Program-made: the position numbers and the translations under genes
The notes under the pieces: generated by a model
What the model saw: only the letters and a program-made list of their open reading frames with translations
Told to the model about the DNA's origin: nothing
Databases searched by the model: none
NCBI GenBank assembly: GCA_038496445.1
Contig: JALMLS010000185.1
Span: forward strand, 1 to 64,000
Length of the DNA: 64,000 bases
Origin: Trichosphaerium sp. ATCC 40318
Lineage: Eukaryota; Protista; Tubulinea
Direction of reading: 5' to 3'
Part shown: positions 48,925-59,833 of the stretch, piece after piece
How the letters are laid out: each line of letters begins with the position of its first letter
Numbering within the stretch: the stretch's first letter is position 1

Positions 48925-50307
48925 ATGTGTATGCAAACGACAGTAGAGGTAATTCATATTTTATATAATCACACGTGGCGTCTTCATGCCGTTTTGTACG
49001 GTAAAAAAAACTTACGTTGGGTATTTATAGGAGGCATCAACAGCTGCTGTTTTATTGCAGTTAGCCAAGCGTGATACGATCGCAAATGAGTTTCCGTCTC
49101 TCCCTACAGACCTTCGTGATCCCACACAAGATAGCTACACTTCAAGAGCAGGCGAAACAAATAAAAGAGCAAGCAGTAGAAGGATGAGCAAGCGCAAAGC
49201 AGCAAGTAAAAGCGAAAACTTGGTTGTTACAAAGATAGACTTCAATATTGAAAAGGTTGCTTATTCTGTGTTTGCAATGAAGAATGGAAGACCTGATACT
49301 AAACAGTACGTAATAATACGATTAATTTCAAACGCTCTATAAACTTCTACAAACCCTTACAACGAGAGAAAAAGCGAATTAAACTGTATCAAAAGCAAAG
49401 ATACATTTTATGGCTTCTCCAGAAAACTAAAAATATTTTCATGCATTCACAATGTCCCCACCGTTTAAACATAAGTACGCTGTTTCCGCTGACTCTTTCT
49501 ATTTTAGCTTTAAGCAATATGACGTGAAAGAATTGATGAATAGAGAAGCCTATGATGAAGGTATGGATGGCGCTTTTTGTATCAACATGGGACTTGTTGG
49601 TACTATCCTACATCGCCGAGTGTTATTTTTCGAGCGATTTGCCAACCTAGAGTGCGTCTAAAACCCTTTAAAAAATGGTTCACAATTCAACAGTTCAATG
49701 GCGGTTAATAGGCCAATTGTTTTTTTTTGTACCTAATTCTATACCTCCTTGTAAGGAGGTTAAATGATTGATATTGTTTTTAAACTTTTGCTCTTTTTTT
49801 CTGTTTTGTCGTTTGTCGTTCACTTGCCTCTAACACCTTATTGTAGTGGATCCATTTACCGTGTTGCTATTTATACCAAATCACGTGATAGTAAAAAGAA
49901 CAAGTGGCGTCCTCAGTTGGCAAGATATGCGCGTATTTTCCCACAGAACAAAAAGAAAAAGGAGAGAACGAACAAAACCGAAATTGCTCGGAAAAAGAAG
50001 TTTACCAAACAATTTTCGTTTGGGCTCAATGGACTACCCTTCAAACCCTAATGATACAAACAATCAACACTCACAGAAACGCGCAAGGAAATTACCATCA
50101 CTTCAACCATTACTAAAACTGACACCTCTACCACCACAACCACAATACGCCCAAATGGCGATAAATGAGAACCGTAGTTGGCTAGCGTTCAACAGAAGAA
50201 TGAGGCTACCTCCCATTGAAGTATTGCCTCCATTATTAAAACTGCCATGTTCTAAACTTAGATGGAAACCGCTGAGGCATGGTGGGTCGTGTTTGAATGA
50301 CTTGTAA
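48925..50307 (+). pseudogene. Copy 2 of the TF-like gene with 2-nt deletion in last exon
   Basis: aagtggc--gtcctcag at 49908 versus aagtggcaagtcctcag in copy 1 shifts the frame before VFSH. Confidence 0.65.
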
Positions 50308-50829
50308 TCTTTTTTCAGATTTTTTTTTTGTATTTTTAATAAACACGTTGTACCATTGTTTGGAGATAAAATTGTTAGGTTTACAACACTTGGCGTAAAA
50401 CCAAACACAGGTCACGCTACTTTTTTAACTTCGAACATTTGACTTCAAGTCGTACTTTGAAGAAATCACGTGATATTGTGTCTCGCTTTTAGATAACTCC
50501 GGTATCCTCCGCTATGATAGCTTTATCATAATCTGGTACCTGCACTTGAATTGGCCCTGTTGGGTAACATTTTTGCAGAAAACAGCATTGTTTAGTCAAT
50601 CGCGCTCTATTCAACTTCAATTCGATGTTGGCGAAAAGTAGCGCAAAACCATACTGTGCGTATGACTTCTAAATAAGGTTCATTGCTGAAGGAGATTCTT
50701 AGGTTCGTTGTTGTGGTTCTTTTAGAGCTAAACACAATGTACTAGCAAAAGCCCATAACTTCAACGGCTAAGGCAGGAACAGTTCTTTGAAAGGTAAAAT
50801 AAGCTTGCAGAAACCAAATAAAAACGGCA

Positions 50830-52197
50830 ATGGGTGCTAAAAGCAGTAAACACAGTCGCGACAAACAACAAGAAAAAGGTACTTGACTGTTTAACTTGAT
50901 AACTGCATTTTGCTCCAACTTTACAACAGAGGATTACAACAACCCATCAAACTACTTTTCGGGCTGCCCTTGTGCTAGTTATAGTACTTGAGCGACTGAT
51001 ACGCTTGTATTAGGTTCAACGGCTACAAACAGGCCAAAACCAGACTAGTACATTCCTCACTGGCTCATTCCGTTTACTGATGCGCTACTAGTGACTACTT
51101 ATTCAAAATAAATACAGTTGGAGATTTTGGTGTTGGGAAAAGTAGTATTATACTTAGATTCGTTGATGATACATTTACAGAATCACTCATCTCCACAATT
51201 GGTGTTGATTTTGTACGTTACACGTGCCTCAAAGGCACATACTCCATTCTTTACCACAGCTGTGCTATATCACAAAAATTATGCCATCAGAGGTGGTCGT
51301 GGTCCCGGTTTCGCCCGGGTAATAGACGGCTAAGAAACTCAGCAACAAAATCTGCAATCGGCTAAACTGTTTAAAAATGTGAGATTTTGTTGGTGTTGTA
51401 CCATGGTACATATGCTTTTTTTAAGTTATACATGCTCTCTGTTGCTTTGGAATTCGTTGAATGTTCGATACATAGGTACAATGCCTAGTATCAAGCAAAA
51501 AAATTCAAAAAATGGATTGAGTTATTTCCCTTATTTTCCTTAGCCGGTTAGCCGTGTAAGTTTATAGCCGATTAGAGACCACCTCTAATCGGGGCCATAA
51601 AATAGAAACACCTTCTTTGAGACTAAAACAGCACCATATAATTTATAGTGTAGAAAGTAAAAACAATCAAAGTGTATGATAAGACTGTTAAACTACAAAT
51701 TTGGGATACCTCTGGTGAGCTTTTTTTCTTGAAGTTGTTTTGGTGTTTTACAAGTACTTAGTTTTTATTAGGTAAGGACAGATTCCGAACAGTTTGTGCC
51801 AGTCCCTATAGAGGTGCTGCAGGGGCTTTAATATTGTACGATACTACAGACCAACAGAGTTTTGAAAATGCAAAACTGTGGCGGCAAGAGGTTGAAAGAT
51901 ATACATCAGAGGATATCCAAACAATACTTGTTGGGACAAAAAGTGATCTCATTGAAGAACGTGCTGTTGATACTGATATTGCCCAGGTAATACATTAATC
52001 CTAACATTTCCTTAAAGTGTTAAAAATACAATAGGAATTTGCTAGTGCATACAAGATGGAGTTTTTTGAAATATCTTCCAAAGATGCAATCAATGGTATG
52101 TTTACATCAACACATACAATTGTCTAACTTGATTGTTGTAGTTAAAGAAACCTTTATTCTGTTAGCATCTATGATAATAAAGCAACTTGATTATTAA
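50830..52197 (+). CDS. Divergent Rab1-derived GTPase, N-terminal MGAKSSK, no C-terminal Cys
   Basis: [43 protein letters not shown] / [19 protein letters not shown] / VGTKSDL / EISSKDAIN / [18 protein letters not shown]. Confidence 0.85.
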
Positions 52198-52440
52198 GCT
52201 AGTAGCTATTACGTGAGTTTGTAGATTGTTCAGTGCTTTACAAAGTTTGCCTTTTTGTTTCACTTGCAACTGTATTTACCACGCTTTACATGTATTCTGA
52301 TATACAATCTTCTCAACAGCTGCATTCTTAGCACAAAAAAAAAGTAAGATATAAACACGTGACAGCTTTTCAAACTTTTGTTTTCTTTGTGGGATGCTTG
52401 TTTGTTTTTTTAATAAGCAATTGGTACACTACTTAATCAT

Positions 52441-54015
52441 CTAGAAACCTTCATTATTTGTTTTACATTCGTTTTCTCTTTGTGCGTATGTATCTATTGA
52501 TGACATATCAACTTCTATTTCATAAAGAAAACTCCAACGCTTTCCTGTTACATATAATCTATCTTTCTCAGCGTTGTAAGCAATACCATTTAAGACGTTA
52601 TTAATTCCGTTTGCTGACTTTAACAGTGAGAGATCAAGATATCCTAAAAAAGAAGCCCAAAGTCAGAACAGAAAACACAAAAAAACTAGTTACCCAGTTC
52701 TATTCGTTCAAATTCCTACTTTCTGGTCCATGAATGTACTGAGTTTATACGCGAAGTATAGAACAGTATTTTTGTAGGGTTGGTGGAGCAAGAAAAAGCG
52801 ATGATTTGAACGAATAGAACTGTACTTTCTTGGGGGGTTTTTTTTCGGATTTTTTTTGTGGTTTTTTTTTGGCTGTCACGTGATTTTTATTTCACAAAAC
52901 TACGAAATCGTACCATCAACTTTCCCGTCATTAGGATCAATTATAGCTATCTTTGATTGACCCCATATATTAGCGAATATTTTACCATAGATGTACTCTA
53001 GTTCATTTAAGTTTTGTATTTTATGATCGCCATCTGATACTTCTAATGTACATCCATACGCCATTATCTCAGTATCCAAGAAATAAATATTTGAAGAACC
53101 ATCACTCATCATTATAGTTTCGCCATCAGTAGCTAATCCCCATCCCTTCAGTAAGCAAAAAAAGTTAGACTCGTTTTTTTTGCATGATTTCTTGTTCTTG
53201 GATTAGCCTCGTACCTCTGTTCCATATGTCCAGTCTTGTACTACGTTAAAGTTCTTATCGTATACAAACCCAGTATTCTCACGCCAAGTGAACTGCATCA
53301 AGACACCATCAACAGTCGTCAAACCTATCAAATGAAGAATAAATCAATCAAGTACCTTAACTAAATACCACGATCTACTAACCCTCAGCAAAATATTTGG
53401 TCTCTAAAGGCTCACTTCTTATAACGCGACCCGTAGTCACTTCAACCTTTAAAGAAAAAAATGCATTGGTCACGTGACATTAGAATATTGACAAATACGC
53501 GTACCTTACGAATATCTGATGCACCGTACAACCCACATGATTCATAAAAAATCTAAAAAGAAATATTAAGCGTAGTACTGTAAAATGTTTGTCACGTGAC
53601 GAAAATCTTATGTTGAGATAAAACTAATACGTACACCGTCTTCATAAACAAGACCTTGTGTAAAACAAAGATTATCATGCGGATAAGTAGCTCTAAGCGT
53701 CCACGGTATTGTTGGGGCACCTGAAGAGCTTATTAGTTTTAATTTAAGCTAATATCACTTCAGACTGTTTCTATAACGTGCCTGCTACAAACACAACAAA
53801 CAAGATGAACGAGAGTTTATAGGACAGCATCACAATGTATATTCTGTGGAGAGATGGGTTTTAGTGCTATACTGTTGTTTTATATTAACGAAAATACAAA
53901 AAGGTACGTACCTGTAAGCAGATGTTCTATCTGTTAAGCTGTTTGGGAATTGAAATGTTTCTCTGTTTTCTGTGAAACTGTTTGTCGTAATTTTGACCTT
54001 TTGCAAAACCCTCAT
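52441..54015 (-). CDS. Glutaminyl-peptide cyclotransferase, plant/bacterial type (start may be ATG at 53830)
   Basis: YPHD..FTQGL, YESCGLYG.S, YFAEG/LT, FTWRE, E/GWGLATDG..MSDGSS, LNELE, FANIW, VLNGIAY..DRLYVTGKRW. Confidence 0.92.
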
Positions 54016-55021
54016 CGTGACTAAGTTCTAGGGAAGTATTGACAAGAATGGCTCTAAAATACGGAAAGTCCTTGAGCTAAATATCAAGTGTTTGCAGTTC
54101 TACTGTGTTGTTTTCTTAGCTTTCAACTTTCAACAGCCACTCTTGATTAGTAAGTACGTTACCTTTCTGGTCTTTACAAGTAGTCCATCTGTTTTAGTTG
54201 CAGAAATGGACAAACTCAAAAGCAACGCTAAATTAGCGATGTTCCAAACGAATAGAATACCGAATCTATCGCCAGAACGTTAAAAGTTGGAAATAGTCGA
54301 ATATATTCCGATTCGGTTTTCAGAGAAGAGCGACTGTGAAACTGAAAGTTGTTGGCTTTTTTTTTAATCACCAAGTGCTTTTTGTTCATCCAAACCACTC
54401 TCATACGTTTTAAAATGCATATTTCTATACATAGAGTGGTTGAAAGCCCTATATTGAGTGAGTTTAAGATATCTGCATTTTAGCGGTAAAACTAAGTAAC
54501 AGTAAGCCTAACCGACACTTTTGTTGTGTGAAATTGTGCCAGTGGTGACGTTTTTTTGACAATTCGAGCCAATCTTGAGCCCGCCACGTGATCTATTTTT
54601 TTTGATGTCTCAAAACCACTTTTTGGTACTTTCCACGCGTAGAAATAGCCATCACTTGAGGTAAAACATATTTTAACACAATTTTTTTGTAGTTTTATGT
54701 ATTCACTTGCTCTATTAAAAAAAAGTCTCAGACATGTTCGGATGTAAAAAAATGGGTTCAGGACAGCAATAAGGATGCAATTTGTGCCGTTTTATCTCAC
54801 CACAAAAAAAGCGAGAAGAATATATTCGAATAAACCAAGAAAATTTGATTCAAATACGAATTTTGCAATCTATCCGTTTGGAACATCGCTACGCTAAATC
54901 ACTTGTGATGTACTAAGTCACATAATACACGGCTTTCATTGAAGATGAAGTTTAGTGGCATTTTCATATTCATCTATTTTACCACTGTTTACGTAAGTCT
55001 CACGCAAAGCTCTTAGCATAA

Positions 55022-55640
55022 ATGGAGAAAATAGATGTTGAGCTTGTGGATATACCAACGGAAATACTCGCTCACTTATTCAAGTATATTAGGCGTTCAG
55101 ATCGATTTTATGTTGCTCAAAGCTGTAAACTACTATCAGACATAATCCACCACCATATTGGCTATGAAATCATCTTTATTCAATCAAGTTCAGAGTGTTC
55201 TCTTCTCTCAGGAAGCCCTCTATTAAAAAACACAACAATATCATTCAAGTATTTCCAGGAAGCGACAGACGAAGATCTTGCTTTGCTTTCTGGACTTCAT
55301 GTACTCCACCTTTCCTTCAACCAATATATCACAGATAAGGGACTAAAATCTATTTGCGGGTCTGTAACTTGATGATAGAGGATTGTCCTAACGTAGGCAT
55401 TATACCTCTTGTTAACATCTCAGGTCAATTGATCTATACTGCAATCCTGGAGTTACTCAGCTGGTATGAAAGCACTTGCTGGAATACAACATGTTTATCT
55501 ATCTCGCTCTCAATGTTTCAGATGATGTACTGTTTGCATTGTCTGGAGTACGTACCATACATTTAAGTTATTGTCAATCGATCACAGACAAAGGAGTTTC
55601 TGCTTTATCTGGTGTTCACAACAGCTTAGTCTACGCTTAA
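55022..55640 (+). pseudogene. F-box/LRR gene, frameshifted and interrupted at 55622
   Basis: LVDIPTEILAHLFKYI F-box; LRRs with frameshifts; last repeat ITDKGVSALSGVHN runs directly into the inverted-repeat arm. Confidence 0.75.
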
Positions 55641-55969
55641 AAACGATGTCTGGAAGGTCATCTGTCGCTGTATTCGAACTGAGGATTTTCACTGATACAG
55701 CGCAATGATCTTGCTCGATTATAAACGTGGGATTACAGTTTACATAGCGTTGTTGTTGAAACTAAAAGGCTGATACAATATTTCAGCCTTGACCGTAAAG
55801 TGACATGATCAATCGCAATAGCGTAAGCAATACTCTCAAGTGATACCATTCGCGTGTATGACCGATTTACTAGATACTACAAAGGACGTGTACGTTAACG
55901 GTCTTTTTTTCTGTTTTTTTCGCTTTAATCAACTCTCGACATAAAATTACCCCTCGTTGTAGTCATTTA

Positions 55970-57600
55970 ATGATGTTTACGGACTCTTACGTTATTCATC
56001 ATAGGTGTTCACCTCCCGTTACTGAAACCGTCTTAACGCCATCTACTAATATCCTGGACTTGCCTGTAGAGATAATAGCGTTAATTCTTGGGTTTGTGAA
56101 CAGCCCAAGATTCGCAGTAGTTCAGGTGCGAGAAGATCTCACTTTTTTTTTTGCTTTTTTTTTGCTTTTTTCCAAAATCATTTATTCTCAAGTGTGCGTG
56201 CCACTACATCAATGAAATGAATACTTAGCTGGTTGATTAGTGCTAATGCACTAGGGAAATTAACTACAAATGTAAAAATGAGGTTGTTCATTGATGTTGT
56301 AGAGCGAGAGATTTTGTTTTCATTGTCGCACAAGTATGACTTAACACTTTGGGACTGCTTCGCTGATGTTAAGCACATGGAGTCAAGTTTTTGTGCTTCG
56401 ACTACAGCTTACGCTTTTGTGATATTAACATATACCTTAAGAATGATGATACCAATCTTATCGTTTTTGTAAAGCTATCACAAAAGCGACTTAAGTTTTT
56501 GAACTTATTGCAGAATTGGATAATCTCATGACTTTTTTAGGTATGTTCCTTAATGGCTAGCATAGTATGGACACATGTAGGATACGGTAAATTAGCTCTA
56601 TCTTCAGAAGAACACTTTGATCAGTTTATAAAAAGACCACAATTATTAAAAAACACGTGTGTTGAAGTATACAGATATAAAGCAACAGATGAAGACATTA
56701 AAAAACTCTCTGGTATTAAAACAATATACTTGTATTGTCAAAACGTTAGTGATGAAGCAATAAAGGCTCTTGAGGGCGTACATACAATAGGACTAAGCTT
56801 ATGCCATGAAATAACAGATGAGAGTTTCAAGTCATTATCTGGAGTACACAAGATGAGACTGTTCGGTTGCAGGCAGATAACAAATGAAGGCATAAAGTCT
56901 CTTGCTGGGATTCATACTTTTGAGCTTCACAACTCAAGTAGCATAACAGATGATGGTATTGGAGCGTTAGGTGGTGTACATACTATAACTCTACAAGGGT
57001 CAAAAGTCTCTGATAAGGCTATTCAAAAACTATCAGGTGTTCACACTGCACGTCTTGCTGCTTGTAGGAAACTTAGTGATGTAGGTGTTGTAAGTCTTGC
57101 TGGTGTACATGAAATTAGTCTCTGGTAATAAGATGATAACAGATAAGAGTTTAATAGCACTTGCAGGTGTCCATACAATTAATCTGAGAGGATGTAAGAG
57201 TATAACAGATAAAGGTGTAAAGTCATTATCAGGTGTCTTTTCAATCGATATTACTGCTTGCAGGAGGATTACAGATAAAGGTGTTATTCCTTTGTCTCCT
57301 GATGTTAAGAAAATTTATTTGCTTGAAACGAGTGTTACAGATGCTAGTATTAAGGCTCTTGCTGGTGTTTATGAAATTAAAGTTTCAGGACCTAGGGTTA
57401 CAAGTGAAGGTATTAAAGCACTTTCTGGTGTACATGATATTACTATTTATGATATGGATTTAAGTGATGAAGCTTTAATGTCTCTTGAAGATGTCCATTC
57501 TCTCACATTGGACAAATGTATAATTAACCATGATATTATTACAGGGTTTAAAGATATGGACAAAGTTTGTACTCGTGATTGTAAGTATAAAAATGTATAG
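55970..57600 (+). pseudogene. F-box/LRR gene, left arm copy (intron 56126-56540), with 2-nt frameshift at ~57120
   Basis: ILDLPVEIIALILGFV F-box exon; agtctctggt versus agtctctctggt in the right copy splits the ORF. Confidence 0.8.
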
Positions 57601-57879
57601 TTACAAATAAACTTAATTTCAAGCCAAGTTGTCATTTACAAAAGCTGTATAGATTTGGACCAATTTGGGTTGTGCTGTTTAGAATTTGTTTGTTAAAATA
57701 CTTTTCAATGTAGCTTCTATTAGTAGCAAACACTGTGATTTCTGCTCACAAAATAGTTCATAAAGACACACCAATAAGATAACTTCACAGTTACCTATGC
57801 TCACAAACCATCTTGAAACTAAATTTAGCACTAGTAAAAAAACCAAGTAGCCTGTTACTGATGATAGTGTAATTATATG

Positions 57880-58103
57880 TTACTTCTTCTTATGGTATAC
57901 TTTAACACCTTTGGCTTTGAGTGATCTAATAGCTTCACATGTAATATTTTTGCAATAGTACAGGTACAATATTTTAACTCTGAACAATGGAACAACCCAA
58001 TTATCTGTCGCTTTTGTATATGGTAGGTTTATGCAGTGAGCACTTGCAAGGTTATTCATGCAATCACCAGTGATCCCTTTACAAGAAAAAAGATCGATGT
58101 GGG
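57880..58103 (-). pseudogene. Orphan C-terminal LRR fragment in the spacer
   Basis: AHIDLFSCKGITGDCMNNLASAHCINLPYTKATDNWVVPLFRVKILYLYYCKNITCEAIRSLKAKGVKVYHKKK*. Confidence 0.7.
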
Positions 58104-58203
58104 CAATAAAGTAGTAAACAAGGTGACTTTACTACCCAAATTGGTCAAAATCTATACAGTTGCTGTAAACAACCAACTCATTTGAAATTAGGTTTATTTG
58201 TAA

Positions 58204-59833
58204 TTATACATTTTTATACTTACACTCCTGTATAAAAACTTTGTCCATATCTTTAAATCCTTTAATAATATCATAGTTAATTATACATTTGTCCAATGTG
58301 AGAGAATGGACATCTTCAAGAGACATTAAAGCTTCATCACTTAAATCCATATCATAAATAGTAATATCATGTACACCAGAAAGTGCTTTAATACCTTCAC
58401 TTGTAACCCTAGGTCCTGAAACTTTAATTTCATAAACACCAGCAAGAGCCTTAATACTAGCATATGTAACACTCGTTTCAAGCAAATAAATTTCCTTAAC
58501 ATCAGGAGATAAAGGAATAACACCTTTATCTGTAATCCTCCTGCAAGCAGTAATATCGATTGAAAAGACACCTGATAATGACTTTACACCTTTATCTGTT
58601 ATACTCTTACATCCTCGTAGACCAATCGTATGGACACCTGCAAGCGCTATTAAACTCTTGTCTGTTATCATCTTATTACCAGAGAGACTAATTTCATGTA
58701 CACCAGCAAGACTCATAACACCTACATCGCTAAGTTTCATACAAGCAGCAAGACATGCAGTGTGAACACCTGATAGTTTTTGAATAGCCTTATCAGATAC
58801 ATCTGACCCTTGTAGAGTTATAGTATGTACACCACCTAATGCTCCAATACCATCATCTGTTATGCTACTTGAGTTGTGAAGCTCAAAAGTATGAATCCCA
58901 GCAAGAGACTTTATGCCTTCATTTGTTATCCGCCTGCACCCGAACAATCTCATTTTGTGTACTCCAGATAATGACTTGAAACTCTTATCTGTTATTTTAT
59001 GGCATAAGCTTAGTCCTATTGTATGTACGCCCTCAAGAGACTTGACTGCTCGATCACTAATGTTTTGGCAATACAAGTATATTGTTTTAATACCAGAGAG
59101 TTTTTTAATGTCTTCATCTGTTGCTTTGTATCTGTATACTTCAACACACGTGTTTTTTAATAATTGTGGTCTTTTTATAAACTGATCAAAGTGTTCTTCT
59201 GAAGATAGAGATACTTTACCGTATCCTACATGTGTCCATACTATGCTAGCCATTAAGGAACATACCTAAAAAAGTCATGAGATTATCCAATTCTGCAATA
59301 AGTTCAAAAACTTAAGTCGCTTTTGTGATAGCTTTACAAAAGCGATAAGATTGGTATCATCATTCTTGAGGTATATTTTAATATCACAAAAACCTAAGTT
59401 GTAGTCGAAGCACAAAAACTTGACTCCATGTGCTTAACATCAGCGAAGCAGTCCCAAAGTGTTAAGTCATACTTGTGCGACAATGAAAACAAAATCTCTC
59501 GCTCTACAACATCAATGAACAACCTCATTTTTACATTTGTAGTTAATTTCCCTAGTGCATTAGCACTAATCAACCAGCTAAGTATTCATTTCATTGATGT
59601 TGTGGCGAGCACACTTGAGAATAATAGATTTTGGAAAAAAGCAAAAAAAAAGAAAAAAAAAAGTGAACTTCTCGCACCTGAACTACTGCGAATCTTGGGC
59701 TGTTCACAAACCCAAGAATTAACGCTATTATCTCTACAGGCAAGTCCAGGATATTAGTAGATGGCGTTAAGACGGTTTCAGTAACGGGAGGTGAACACCT
59801 ATGATGAATAACGTAAGAGTCCGTAAACATCAT
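58204..59833 (-). CDS. F-box/LRR gene, right arm copy (intact; intron 59266-59677)
   Basis: F-box exon spliced to VCSLMASIVWTHVGY and an uninterrupted 349-aa LRR frame. Confidence 0.88.

Noticed and set aside
56178-56472. Short ORFs conserved in both inverted-repeat arms
   Set aside because: They lie in the intron; conservation is explained by recent duplication and hairpin structure
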